Virus record (IMG/VR): IMGVR_UViG_3300011989_000005
Location: 1-64,000 of that record
Source of the DNA: a virus
Taxonomy: Duplodnaviria; Caudoviricetes
DNA: 64,000 nt
Direction: 5' to 3' (one strand)
Position numbers and translations under genes: made by a program. This document shows positions 28,032 through 38,933 of this stretch, one piece after another. The notes under the pieces were generated by a model. It did no database searches. It worked only from the letters and a program-made list of their open reading frames with translations, and was not told the origin of the DNA. The number at the start of each line of letters is the position of its first letter. Position 1 is the stretch's first letter.

Positions 28032-28922
28032 ATGGCATACAAATTTTCAGAGACTGGCAAGCTGGGCGATGAGTTCCAGCGGGTGTTCGGCATCGGCTTC
28101 AAGCCGTTCTACGACAGGCTGATATCGTTTGCCTCTAAGCAGATGTGCATCGACATCCTGAAATTCGACGAGTGGCTGCATCGGAAGCATGGCAACTATG
28201 AAGACTCAGGCAAGAGCATGGTTGACTGCATCCGTGAGCACTATGGAGAGGAGGGAGTGAGACTGTTAGACGAAGTGACAGGCGCGGATGGCGACAACCC
28301 TACGCCAAAACCGGAGCCGGAGAAGCCGAAGAGAAAGCCCAAGGCCAAGGCGAAGCCCGTGGACCAGAGAGCATTTAACAACAGGATTGCGCTGTCGCTG
28401 CTGCGGCAGTGTGCATGGATGTGGGAACACTGCATGCGGAGTAACAACGAGGGTACGTTTACGATGAAGGACGTGCGGATGGGGCTTTCGCTTCGTGACT
28501 TTAAGAAGAGTCCTGCGGGGTTTATCATGTTCGACCTTGGAAGCTGCGAATACTGGGATGTGTTCGACCGACAGGGAATTGAGGGCGTGAGCTACGATGC
28601 GGAGAATGAGAGGATGAGCATGTTCCTGCCCTACGACCCGCAGGGCGACCAGACGCTGGGATTCGGGTGCAGTTTCGAGGCGAAGGATGTTTTTGATGTG
28701 GCGTATCAGATGTGCAGCCCGAGCCTGTTGCAGAAGGTGCGCTTCTGCTATAAGGACGGCGAGCGGTGGTCGGACATCCCCGACATCGACGTGAAGCCTG
28801 CAAAGAAGAGCAAGCCCAAGGCGAGGGCTGCGGAGATACCGCAGCACACGGAGCCAGCCGAGCCTACGTTTGCGGAGAAACTAAGGGAGGCACTATTACG
28901 ACAATTCAGACAAGCGGCATAA
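28032..28922 (+). CDS. hypothetical two-domain protein, ends RQAA
   Basis: 296 aa with Pro/Lys linkers. Confidence 0.75.
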   Translation: MAYKFSETGKLGDEFQRVFGIGFKPFYDRLISFASKQMCIDILKFDEWLHRKHGNYEDSGKSMVDCIREHYGEEGVRLLDEVTGADGDNPTPKPEPEKPKRKPKAKAKPVDQRAFNNRIALSLLRQCAWMWEHCMRSNNEGTFTMKDVRMGLSLRDFKKSPAGFIMFDLGSCEYWDVFDRQGIEGVSYDAENERMSMFLPYDPQGDQTLGFGCSFEAKDVFDVAYQMCSPSLLQKVRFCYKDGERWSDIPDIDVKPAKKSKPKARAAEIPQHTEPAEPTFAEKLREALLRQFRQAA

Positions 28923-28941
28923 ACTGTAAACTTAGAAACTT

Positions 28942-30348
28942 ATGAACTATTTCGAGCATTGTATGACCCACGAGCAGCTGGAGCAGGAGCACCGCAGGCT
29001 CGTGATTAAGATGCACCCTGACCGCAACCCTGACAACCCCAACGCTACGGTGGAGTTCCAGGAGATGCAACAGCAGTATGAGGAACGCAAGGCCGAGTTG
29101 AACGGCGACTACCGCAAGAGCGCCAAGGGACGTGAGCGAAGGGAGCGGGAACGCAGGGAGCGTGAGGAACGGGAGCGCAGGGAGCGCGAGCGCAACCGGC
29201 TGGCCGAGGTGCTGGAGCAGGCACGGAGGAACAAGCAGAAGAAGGCGGGCGAACTGAAGGCGGGCGACTTCATCTATGCCCGTATGATTAAGAAAAGCGT
29301 GCTGGATATGGCTGCGCCTACACTGGAGCAACTGCTGCGACAGACTATCCGTAATGGCGTGAACGACGAGACGGTGGTGATGGTAGAGCATGTCATCGAC
29401 ATGGGCGACCAGGACTTCTATACCACTCCCTATAGCAGGCTGATAACGCCGGGCATGGTGCTCGGCGGGTGGGAGACCATCCAGAAAGCCGACCCGAAGA
29501 ACGGCGTGCCTAAGTCGAAGAAGGTGGCGAAGGTGGTGCTGTTCCGCTGCAAGAGCGGAAACGATGAGCTTGCTATCTTCGGGAATCCGATGGGCGACCC
29601 GTCTATCTCGGACTACTATCTGCCCTTCAACTATGAGACGCTGTTCAGCGTGGAGCTGGGCGACGCTAAGGCGCAGCTCGACCACGAGGCAGCGGAGAAG
29701 ACACGCATCGAGGCGGAGCGCAAGGCCCGCATCGAGGCGGAGCAAAGACCGCTGATAGACGAGTGGGCACCAAAGCTGATCGCTATCAGCCGGGGACTGA
29801 CCGACGCGGAGCAGCAGACGGTGGCTGTGAATAACCTGAAGACGGTACTGAAGGGGAAGTTCCCCGGGGTGACGTTCACCATCAAGGCCAACCGCTACGG
29901 CGAGACATCGGTGACGTGGGAGGACGGGCCGACGGTGGTGGAGGTGGTAGGTACCGCCGACCTCTTCAATGACTGGCTACAGCTGACGGAGCCGACTCCC
30001 TGGCAGGAGCGCTTTGGACGGGTGACTATTAACATAGCCGACTTCAACCGCAAGATGAACACGCTGACGAAGGCCCGCATCCTGCATCAGTTGGGCGGCG
30101 TGACGGAGGCGTTCAGCCAGGGCGACATCGACGACGAGGTGACAGTTAGCGACGACGACTGGACGATGCTGCACCTGATGGTGGGTGTGAGTGTCGGCGA
30201 CAAGGATGCTACGCTATGCCGCTGCCACGAGCAGGCTGACGGAATACGGCGGGTGCATATCGGCACGGCTGTAAGGTATGTGTTCGACAGGACGAGCTAT
30301 GCACGCTCAAAGACAACTGCAAAGAAGAAAACGAAGCAGGCGGCGTGA
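28942..30348 (+). CDS. J-domain plus LPD29-like protein, ends KQAA
   Basis: HPD motif N-term; LKGKFPGVTFTI...VTWEDGPT. Confidence 0.75.
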   Translation: MNYFEHCMTHEQLEQEHRRLVIKMHPDRNPDNPNATVEFQEMQQQYEERKAELNGDYRKSAKGRERRERERREREERERRERERNRLAEVLEQARRNKQKKAGELKAGDFIYARMIKKSVLDMAAPTLEQLLRQTIRNGVNDETVVMVEHVIDMGDQDFYTTPYSRLITPGMVLGGWETIQKADPKNGVPKSKKVAKVVLFRCKSGNDELAIFGNPMGDPSISDYYLPFNYETLFSVELGDAKAQLDHEAAEKTRIEAERKARIEAEQRPLIDEWAPKLIAISRGLTDAEQQTVAVNNLKTVLKGKFPGVTFTIKANRYGETSVTWEDGPTVVEVVGTADLFNDWLQLTEPTPWQERFGRVTINIADFNRKMNTLTKARILHQLGGVTEAFSQGDIDDEVTVSDDDWTMLHLMVGVSVGDKDATLCRCHEQADGIRRVHIGTAVRYVFDRTSYARSKTTAKKKTKQAA

Positions 30349-30397
30349 TTGGATTTTATAACGACAACGGATTAAACGAATTAAACGAAGTGAGACT

Positions 30398-31129
30398 ATG
30401 GGACAGTATTATCATGGCGTGATTCTCGACGCTGAAACGAGAAAGCCGATTATGGCCACCTATCCTGTGTTCAGGAAGATGGTAGAGAGCGGACTGTGGG
30501 ACGTATGCCGCATAGCATACGAGGTGAGCAAGGGTCGGCAGGGATATAAGCAGCGCGTGACATGGGCTGGCGACTACTCGGAGCGTGAGGACTACGATGG
30601 CGAAACGCTGTATCACTACATCCTGAATAACAGCGTGCCTGAAACGATGGGCAAGGAATATAAGAAGTACCCCATTAAGGGCAGTGAGTTCTCGGAGGCG
30701 TGGATCAATTCGATTGACGCTTTCTTCCGTCAGTACGTGACCGACGAGAAAGATATCATCCGTCCGGAGTATCGCTACCTGTGCAACCACGACCGCCGCG
30801 AGTGGATAGACCTCATGCCGTTCTTCACGGCAAAGGAGCGGGTGTTCAGGAATCCGATAGCCATCCTGACGAGCGACCCGACGTGCCGCTGCGGTGGTGG
30901 CGGCGACTATCGCTACAAAGAGGACTTCGAGTGGTACGGTGCATGGAGCGACTGCCGACTGAGCAGCGAGCCTGCACCGCCCGACGGCTACCGGCGCATC
31001 GCCCCGATGTTCGAGGCGAAGACCCGTATCGGCAGCGACGACCCGCTGCTGGAGTCGGAGCCAGTGGCACCGATGCTGGAGGCAGGCGAGCCTACATTTG
31101 CCGAACGTCTGCGCAAGGCTCTGGGTTGA
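30398..31129 (+). CDS. hypothetical protein
   Basis: MGQYY..., WAGDY, GGGDY, GAW motifs. Confidence 0.75.
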   Translation: MGQYYHGVILDAETRKPIMATYPVFRKMVESGLWDVCRIAYEVSKGRQGYKQRVTWAGDYSEREDYDGETLYHYILNNSVPETMGKEYKKYPIKGSEFSEAWINSIDAFFRQYVTDEKDIIRPEYRYLCNHDRREWIDLMPFFTAKERVFRNPIAILTSDPTCRCGGGGDYRYKEDFEWYGAWSDCRLSSEPAPPDGYRRIAPMFEAKTRIGSDDPLLESEPVAPMLEAGEPTFAERLRKALG

Positions 31130-31439
31130 GCACTATGGCAGCAAGGCGGCGTGAGAAAAGCTGCTCACGAGCAATCTCCAGATTGGTTACAAGCAATCAG
31201 GAGGTTGTTCGTGAATGATTAGAAATTGACAACAGACAAAATCAAAACAAGCGAGATTATGGACAACGAAAAGAAAAGAGCAAAGGTTATCGAGATGACC
31301 TTTATGGTGACAGCGGAATGGCAGTGGTGAACCTTATGACCGACTATGTGTCGGAGAAGGATTGGGGACATCTCTATGACCGTCTGGATAGAGATGGTGC
31401 GTTCAGGAATGATAAGTGAAACTAAAACGACAACGAGAT

Positions 31440-34400
31440 ATGAGTAAATTACAAAGACTGCGTGATAATATCGCGGCTATTGATTATGCGCTGACCGGGA
31501 ACGGCGACGCATCGGTGATGGATAAATACACGGGCTTCGGGGGGATGACGTTCGTGCTGAACCCGCTGGAGCCGACGGCGTGGAGCAAGAGCGACATGAT
31601 GTATTACCAGGACACCGCGTGGCTGCATGATCTGCTGAGAGACGCAAGCCATAGCGGCAAGGAGTATCAGGCTTGGGTGGAGAGTCTGAAGGCAAGCACG
31701 CTGACGGCGTTCTATACGCCCGACGAGTTGGCTACGGCTATTAGTCAGACGCTGTGGGATGCCGTGCCGACGGCGCAGGTACTCGACCCTGCGGCTGGCA
31801 TGGGCGTGTTTATGAAGACCCCTGCCACCTGTGAGGGCTGCAAGCGAATCGTGGCATACGAGAAGGATTTGCTGACGGGCATGTTGCTCCGTAGCAAGTA
31901 TCACTATAAGTCTTGTGACATCCGCATTGACGGGTTTGAACATTTCCCCGATGATGAGTTAGGCAGTTTCGATCTGGTAGCGACCAATGTACCTTTTGGG
32001 GATATCCGCGTGTTTGATCCTGACTATACGAACTCTAAGAGCCAGTTGCGCAGGGAGGCGGCGAAGATGATACACAAGTATTATGTGCTGAAAGGACTGG
32101 ACTGTCTGCGAGAGGGTGGGGTGCTGGCGTATATCATCACGAGCAACTACCTGAACCGTGACAGCGAACAGTTGGGCGAGGCACTGAAGCAGGCGCGGCT
32201 CATCGGAGCGTATCGGTTGGCGAACAATCTCTTCAAGGAGAGCGGTACCGAAGTGGGCACTGACCTCTTAGTGATGCAGAAGGATAGCCAGCGCGGGGCA
32301 CTGACGGAGGAAGAGACGATGCTGCTGACGCAGTATGAGGACGAGGGATGCCCGACGAGTATGTACTTCACCTGCTATCCCGAGCACGTGATTGCGACGG
32401 CGTGGACGGTTGATACGGATGCCTATGGAAAGCGGGCGTTTGTGTATAAGCACCGCGACGGTGTGCAGGGGATTGCACAGCAGCTGGGCGAGGTGCTGAG
32501 CAAGGACCTCGGCGCGAACCTCAAGGCTGACCTCGGCGGAAATACCGCCGAGCACGGGACAAGCGGCAAGCAGGAGCGCAAGGAGGAGAGGATGACTATG
32601 AAGGAGAGCATTTTGCGAGAGCTTTGCTTCGACTATCAGATGTTGTACAAGAAGGAAGCGGAGGAGATGGCTGAGCAGCCGGAACTCCGAAAGGAGATAA
32701 ACCGCCTCTATGACGGCTTCGTTGAAAAATGGGGCTTGCTGAACAAGCCTGAGAACGTGAAGTTCATAAAGGCTATCAAAGGCTTTGACAATATCGCAGA
32801 GCTGCTGACGCTGGAAATACTGGAGGACGGCAAGTGGCGCAAGGCTGACATCTTCGACAGGCCGGTGGCGTTCTCGACGGACGAGATGCACAGCGTGACG
32901 GACGCTCACGAGGCACTGGCGCAGAGCCTGAATGACTACGGCAAGCCCGATGTGCGCTATATGGCTGCACTGACGGGGAAGAGCGAGGAAGAAATCTGCG
33001 ACGAGCTGGAGGGGGAGATTTACTATAACCCCCTGAGCGAGGAGTGGGAGATCAAGGCGCGGTTCGTCAGCGGGAATGTGATAGAGAAGATTGATGCTAT
33101 CCTGCAGAAATACGGTTTCACTGGACCGGACTTCGACATATCGAAATATCGGGATAACGATATAACGACCACCAATCCGACCGAGCGACAGGTGAGGAAG
33201 AGCCTCGCTGCCCTGCAGGCCGCCATCCCTGAGCCTATCTCCTTCGATGATCTGGACTTCAATCTCGGTGAGCGATGGGTGGACACGAAGATTTATGAGG
33301 ACTTCGCCTCGGAGTTCTTCTCGATGGAGGGCGACGGCTACGGATGCAAGGTGAGGGTGACGGTGAAATACGACCGCAACCTGGATCAGTACGTCTGCGA
33401 CAACGACCGTGGCAATGAGAAAATCTATACGCAGTATGCCGTGAGCAGCGAGGCGAGCAAGGCACTCGACGGTATGGGCTTGTTGCAGCATGCGCTGCAG
33501 GACGACTGCCCGAAGATGATGAAGTATCAACGCGACGAGCGGGGCCGCAAGATTCAGCAGGGCAAGAGCTATGCCAAGGAAGAGGACCCGGAGGCTACGC
33601 AGAAGGCTAACACGCTCATCGAGGAAATACGACAGGGCTATCAGGACTGGCTGCTCAGACAGCCGAAGGCACTGCGCGACGGACTGGCTGAGAAGTATAA
33701 CAGGCTTTTTAATTGCCACGTGAAGCCGCAGTTCGACGGCTCGCACCAGCGTTTCCCCGGCATTGACTGGCAGGGGCTGGAGACGAAGTACGGCATACCG
33801 CAGCCGGTGTACGACAAGCAGACGGGCAAGAAGGTGAAAGGCGGCCTTTATAAGAGTCAGGAGGACTGCATCTGGATGCTCGTGATGAACGGCGGCGGCA
33901 TCTGCGACCACGAGGTAGGCAGCGGCAAGACGCTTATCATGTGTCTCGCTGCCCACGAGATGAAGCGCCTGGGCTTCTGCCACAAGCCGATGATCATCGG
34001 ACTGAAGGCCAACGTGGCTGCCATTGCCGAGACCTACATGACGGCTTACCCCAAGGCCCGCGTGCTCTACGCCAAGCACGCCGACTACTCAGGCAAGGAG
34101 CGCGAGAACTTCTTCAACCGCATGAAGAACAACGACTGGGACGTGGTGATTATGTCGCACGATCAGTTCGGCTTCATCCCGCAGTCGGACGAGGTGCAGG
34201 CCGACGTTATCCGTGAGGAGCTGAACCACCTAAACGAGAGCCTGAGCGCACTCTATGGCTCGTATGACAGCGTATCGAGCCGACTGAAGCGCGGACTGGA
34301 GAAGAAGAAAGCCAACTTGGCAGCCAAGCTGCAGGGCCTGTTGTGCTCCATCGAGAAGCGTAAGTCCGACGTGGTGGACTTCCGCATGATGGGCATCGAC

Positions 34401-36470
34401 CACATCTTCATCGACGAGAGCCACCAGTTCAAGAACCTCGGCTTTACCACCCGTCACGACCGTGTGGCAGGCTTGGGCAACTCGGAGGGCTCGAAGCGGG
34501 CATACAATCTGCTGATGGCTATCCGCACCATTCAGCAGCGCACGGGGCGTGACCTCGGTGCGACGTTCCTCAGTGGCACGACGATTACGAATAGCCTGAC
34601 GGAGCTGTACAGCCTGTTCCGCTATCTGCGACCGAAGGCTATGGCCAAGCAGGGAATCACCTGCTTCGATGCCTGGGCGGCTATCTTCACCCGGAAGACT
34701 CAGGAGTATGAGTTTGGGCTGACAAACCAGATTGTTCTGAAGGAGCGGTTCAGATACTTTATCAAGGTGCCGGAGCTGGCGCAGTTCTACAACGAGATAA
34801 CCGACTACCGCACGGCGAAGGACGTAGGCATCGAGCGGCCTGAGAAGTATGCCCGACTGATGCACATCGAGCCGACCCCCGACCAGGAGGAGTTTATCCA
34901 CACGCTGATGAAGTTTGCTGAGACGGGCGACTTCTCGCTGATAGGCATCGACAGTCCCACCAAGCAGCAGCAGATGGCGAAGATGCTGTATGCCACCGAC
35001 CTTGCACGCAAGATGTCGCTCGACATGCGGCTGATTGACCCCTCGTATGGCGACCACCCGCGGAGTAAGGCGAGCATGTGCGCCAAGATGGTAGCGAAAT
35101 ACTACCACGAGTTCGACAGCGTGAAGGGTACGCAGATGATCTTCAGCGACCTCTCGACGTGGCAGAACGACGGGAAATTCAACATCTATGAGGAGATCAA
35201 GCGCAAGCTGGTGGAGGACTACGGCATACCCGCCTCGGAGATACGCTTCATACAGGAAGCACGGTGCGACACGAAGAAGAAGAAGCTTATCGGCGAGGTG
35301 AACGACGGCGACGTGCGCATCCTCTTCGGCAGCACCTCTATGCTCGGCACGGGAGTGAACGCCCAGCAGCGAGTGGTGGCGGTGCATCACCTTGACACAC
35401 CCTGGCGCCCCAGCGACCTGGAGCAGCGCGACGGCAGGGCAGTGCGTAAGGGCAACGTGATAGCCCGCGACTATGGCGACAACAAGGTGGACGTGATTAT
35501 CTACGCCGTGAAGCGCAGTCTGGATGCCTACAAGTTCAATCTGCTGCACAGCAAGCAGACCTTCATCCAGCAGCTGAAGCAGGGACAGTTAGGCAAGCGC
35601 ACCCTCGACGAGGGCTCGATGGACGAGAAGGGCAACATGAACTTCGCTGAGTATATGGCTATCCTCTCCGGCAACACCGACCTGCTGGAGCGTGCGAAGC
35701 TCGACAAGAAGATTGCCGCCCTGGAGGTGGAGAAGAAGAACTTCCACCGCGACCAGCGTCAGGCAGAGGAGCGCCGCGACCGGCTGCAGAAGGACGTGGA
35801 GCGGCTGACGAAGGACGTCAGCGACGCACAGGCTGACCAGCAGCAGTTCGACGCACGGAAGCAGCTGGGCGAGCAGGGCGAGGTGCTGAACGCCCTGGTG
35901 CTCGACGGGTTCACCATGCCGGAGACCGATGCCGACGGCAATCCACTCGACTATGCCGGACAGCAGAAGGCCCTCGGCGAACGGCTGTGGCGCATCGAGC
36001 AGACAGCCCGCACGCAAGGCATTCCAATGAAAATAGGCTCGCTTTACGGCTTCGACCTGATGGTGAAGACCAATGAGCAGATTATCCACGATGCTGACGG
36101 CAACGAGGATGTGCTATACACCAACTACTTCACTGTGCAAGGCTGCCGCATCCTGCATAAGGTGGACGACGGTTTACTCTCGCATCGGTCGCCCCGACTG
36201 GCAGCGGAGTACGCCCTGCGCTGTCTGCAGAAACTGCCCCGACGCATCGCCGACTGGCAGCAGTGGATAGCGGACAACAACGTGACTATCCGTCAGCTCA
36301 ACGAACTGCTGCGCCAGACGTGGTCCAAGGAGGACGAGCTGCGCCGCGCCAAGGCCGACCTCGCAAAACTCGACCGCAAGATCAACGCCGAGATGAACGG
36401 CAAGAAGTCTAACGACGGTTCCGAGAGCAGCGCCTCCGAGACCGACGGCGGGCTGAAGCAGGCGGCATAA
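31440..36470 (+). CDS. DarB-like N6-adenine MTase / SNF2 helicase fusion, ends KQAA
   Basis: VLDPAAGMG, NVPF, HEVGSGKT, DESH, SGT, QRDGRAVR. Confidence 0.9.
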   Translation: MSKLQRLRDNIAAIDYALTGNGDASVMDKYTGFGGMTFVLNPLEPTAWSKSDMMYYQDTAWLHDLLRDASHSGKEYQAWVESLKASTLTAFYTPDELATAISQTLWDAVPTAQVLDPAAGMGVFMKTPATCEGCKRIVAYEKDLLTGMLLRSKYHYKSCDIRIDGFEHFPDDELGSFDLVATNVPFGDIRVFDPDYTNSKSQLRREAAKMIHKYYVLKGLDCLREGGVLAYIITSNYLNRDSEQLGEALKQARLIGAYRLANNLFKESGTEVGTDLLVMQKDSQRGALTEEETMLLTQYEDEGCPTSMYFTCYPEHVIATAWTVDTDAYGKRAFVYKHRDGVQGIAQQLGEVLSKDLGANLKADLGGNTAEHGTSGKQERKEERMTMKESILRELCFDYQMLYKKEAEEMAEQPELRKEINRLYDGFVEKWGLLNKPENVKFIKAIKGFDNIAELLTLEILEDGKWRKADIFDRPVAFSTDEMHSVTDAHEALAQSLNDYGKPDVRYMAALTGKSEEEICDELEGEIYYNPLSEEWEIKARFVSGNVIEKIDAILQKYGFTGPDFDISKYRDNDITTTNPTERQVRKSLAALQAAIPEPISFDDLDFNLGERWVDTKIYEDFASEFFSMEGDGYGCKVRVTVKYDRNLDQYVCDNDRGNEKIYTQYAVSSEASKALDGMGLLQHALQDDCPKMMKYQRDERGRKIQQGKSYAKEEDPEATQKANTLIEEIRQGYQDWLLRQPKALRDGLAEKYNRLFNCHVKPQFDGSHQRFPGIDWQGLETKYGIPQPVYDKQTGKKVKGGLYKSQEDCIWMLVMNGGGICDHEVGSGKTLIMCLAAHEMKRLGFCHKPMIIGLKANVAAIAETYMTAYPKARVLYAKHADYSGKERENFFNRMKNNDWDVVIMSHDQFGFIPQSDEVQADVIREELNHLNESLSALYGSYDSVSSRLKRGLEKKKANLAAKLQGLLCSIEKRKSDVVDFRMMGIDHIFIDESHQFKNLGFTTRHDRVAGLGNSEGSKRAYNLLMAIRTIQQRTGRDLGATFLSGTTITNSLTELYSLFRYLRPKAMAKQGITCFDAWAAIFTRKTQEYEFGLTNQIVLKERFRYFIKVPELAQFYNEITDYRTAKDVGIERPEKYARLMHIEPTPDQEEFIHTLMKFAETGDFSLIGIDSPTKQQQMAKMLYATDLARKMSLDMRLIDPSYGDHPRSKASMCAKMVAKYYHEFDSVKGTQMIFSDLSTWQNDGKFNIYEEIKRKLVEDYGIPASEIRFIQEARCDTKKKKLIGEVNDGDVRILFGSTSMLGTGVNAQQRVVAVHHLDTPWRPSDLEQRDGRAVRKGNVIARDYGDNKVDVIIYAVKRSLDAYKFNLLHSKQTFIQQLKQGQLGKRTLDEGSMDEKGNMNFAEYMAILSGNTDLLERAKLDKKIAALEVEKKNFHRDQRQAEERRDRLQKDVERLTKDVSDAQADQQQFDARKQLGEQGEVLNALVLDGFTMPETDADGNPLDYAGQQKALGERLWRIEQTARTQGIPMKIGSLYGFDLMVKTNEQIIHDADGNEDVLYTNYFTVQGCRILHKVDDGLLSHRSPRLAAEYALRCLQKLPRRIADWQQWIADNNVTIRQLNELLRQTWSKEDELRRAKADLAKLDRKINAEMNGKKSNDGSESSASETDGGLKQAA

Positions 36471-36593
36471 ACACCCAGATTTCGTGAAGTATACTTGGTG
36501 TGAGGGAAAAGTATACTTCACGATTTTGCCCTTTATGACGAACACGAATGACCGTAAATTATCCACGAATTTTTCATTAAACATTTAGACGAT

Positions 36594-37718
36594 ATGTATT
36601 TCAAGAAACACATCAACGTAACCGTGACATACGGCAATAAGCAGTATGCACTTGATTGCTGCGTGGAGCACATGCTCATCAGCAAGGAGAAAGGCACATG
36701 GTTGTACTTCTGCGACGAGTACGGACGCACTGGTACAAGCCAGTGCTTCGGCGCCCTGCGCTTCAAGGTAGAGGGCGAGAGCATGAACGGCATGCTGACC
36801 ACCGACGGCATGAAGGTGACAGCCATTACTCCGAAAGAGAAGTATATCGAGGTGACGACGTTTGAAGTGACGGATGCCGACGACCTGACACGCAAGACCG
36901 AACAGGCCGTGCGTCTTATACAGACTGCAGGAGCCGACGGAGAGACGGTGGAGGTGGCCTACTCAGGAGGCAAGGACAGTGATATCATCCTCGACCTGAC
37001 ACGCAAGGCAGGCATCGACTACCGGGCTATCTACCACAACACTACCATCGACCCGCCTGGCACCATCGCCCACGTCAAGGAGCAGGGAGCTGAGGTGATG
37101 AGACCAGAGAAGACGTTCTTCCAGTTGATTGAAGAGAACGGCATGCCTAATCGGTTCCAACGCAGTTGCTGCCGACTTATTAAGGAGCACAAGACACTCG
37201 ACCGTGCTATCTACGGCATTCGCAAAGCAGAGAGCACAGAGCGCGACAAGAACTACGAGGAACCCACCGAGTGTCGAGTCTATGGCAAGGGGCGTAAGAA
37301 GCAGACAGCCGAAGCCTTCTACCCCATACTCTACTGGACGGATGAGGACGTACTGAATTACATCCGACAGAACCACGTCAAAATCCACTCGCTATATTAT
37401 CGGGAGGACGGCACCATCGATCCCAAGCGCCGTCTCGGTTGCATGTGCTGTCCGCTGGCCTACTACAAACAGCGCCTCGAATACTTCCGTCGCTTCCCCG
37501 GCATGGTGAAAGCCTACTGCCGTGCGGCTCAGAAGTACCGCAACGCACACCCCGACGTCGAAACCGTACAGAAATACCGCGACGTTTACGAGTGGTTCGC
37601 CCGTGAAGCTTTCTTCGAGCGCCAGTCATGGTGGGACAGTCACAAGACCGTATTACAATTTGCCCCCCCCATTGACTACAAGGCATTCCTTGAACAGTAC
37701 TTCCACATCAAGTTCTGA
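36594..37718 (+). CDS. PAPS-reductase family protein with N-terminal extension
   Basis: YSGGKDS, CC..IK, GIRKAES, RLGCMCCP. Confidence 0.85.
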   Translation: MYFKKHINVTVTYGNKQYALDCCVEHMLISKEKGTWLYFCDEYGRTGTSQCFGALRFKVEGESMNGMLTTDGMKVTAITPKEKYIEVTTFEVTDADDLTRKTEQAVRLIQTAGADGETVEVAYSGGKDSDIILDLTRKAGIDYRAIYHNTTIDPPGTIAHVKEQGAEVMRPEKTFFQLIEENGMPNRFQRSCCRLIKEHKTLDRAIYGIRKAESTERDKNYEEPTECRVYGKGRKKQTAEAFYPILYWTDEDVLNYIRQNHVKIHSLYYREDGTIDPKRRLGCMCCPLAYYKQRLEYFRRFPGMVKAYCRAAQKYRNAHPDVETVQKYRDVYEWFAREAFFERQSWWDSHKTVLQFAPPIDYKAFLEQYFHIKF

Positions 37719-37856
37719 AACCTTCATACCTATAAAGCTGAACCCCCTCAAAATCAAACGACATATCATTCCCTCCGAAACCATATATCGTCTCCTCCGA
37801 AACGATATATGGTTTCTTTTCGACCCATTTTTCAACCCCAAAACAATTCAAGCATT

Positions 37857-38825
37857 ATGAACACAAAGAAATTCTGGTGCCACTACCTCGGCAACGACGG
37901 CAACACCCCCAAGCGTCGCAACATCGAACTGACCAACCTCTCGGAGTTGCTGCGCATCGACAATGAGAACGTGAAAACCCCGTTGTGGTTTGAAGTCGAC
38001 CAAAACGACCGCAACGAGAACATCTACTTCATGTATGCCCAGCTGAGCGACAAGGTGGCTGTGTTTATCCCACGCTCCGGCATCCATTCCCGCGACGTGA
38101 AGCTGATGCTCAGCACCGACGAGCAGATAGACGTCCTGCACCAGCAGCGACTGAAGGAATACCTCGACGAATACCCCGCCATGAGCGAGGAGCGCAGGAC
38201 CAAGGAGGCGGAGTACTACCAGATGTATGCCGAGGAAGACAAGATGAAGCGCGACAAGTATCTGGGTGGACTGAAGAACCTGCAGGACTACGAGGGCTAT
38301 CTGCTCGGCGGGCACCGATGGATAGACATCGCGGCCATCAAGGCATTCGAGGAGATACAGTCGCCCAACCTGCATGCACTGCAAGCCCTGCGCCGTCAGG
38401 CTCTGGAGAAGCAGGAGCGCATAGAGCAGCGGCGCAAGGACGAAGAGCGACAGAAGCGGGAAGCAGAAGAACAGAAGAAAGCCGCCGAGCAGGCCCGTGA
38501 GGATGCTAAGTTGCAGAAGCTCGTCAGTCTGGGCATGCTGCCCGCCAAACTCACGAAGATGCAGCGCGGCACCGTTCTCATCGGACTTGACGAGCGAGGT
38601 CGCTATCAGGTGGCGGGAAACAAGACCGTCAGCTGTACTGTCTTCGAGCTTATCACCGAGCACGGCTTCACCCGCATGCAGAAGTATACTGAGCGCTACG
38701 GCAAGAACGGTCTCGAACTCTCGAAGCCCCGCAACTACTACGACATCTACAACGACACCCTTGGCTACGGCTATCAGGTCAATGGCCGCATGGGTGCCCT
38801 GATGATTGAAGGGAAGAAGCCGTAA
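37857..38825 (+). CDS. hypothetical coiled-coil protein
   Basis: ORF from MNTKKF. Confidence 0.75.
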   Translation: MNTKKFWCHYLGNDGNTPKRRNIELTNLSELLRIDNENVKTPLWFEVDQNDRNENIYFMYAQLSDKVAVFIPRSGIHSRDVKLMLSTDEQIDVLHQQRLKEYLDEYPAMSEERRTKEAEYYQMYAEEDKMKRDKYLGGLKNLQDYEGYLLGGHRWIDIAAIKAFEEIQSPNLHALQALRRQALEKQERIEQRRKDEERQKREAEEQKKAAEQAREDAKLQKLVSLGMLPAKLTKMQRGTVLIGLDERGRYQVAGNKTVSCTVFELITEHGFTRMQKYTERYGKNGLELSKPRNYYDIYNDTLGYGYQVNGRMGALMIEGKKP

Positions 38826-38933
38826 CCCCGACCCTCTGTCGGCCTCTGAACGGATACCAGGTAACCGTTGCCAACGGCTACGAGGTATCCGTTTCCACAC
38901 AAGATTATTAACCCCCAAAAAACATTTCAAGTT

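Noticed and set aside
16400-36400. Apparent excess of GCTAT/CTAT suggesting restriction-site avoidance
   Set aside because: Impression only; GATC and CCAT do occur, and k-mer statistics would be needed.
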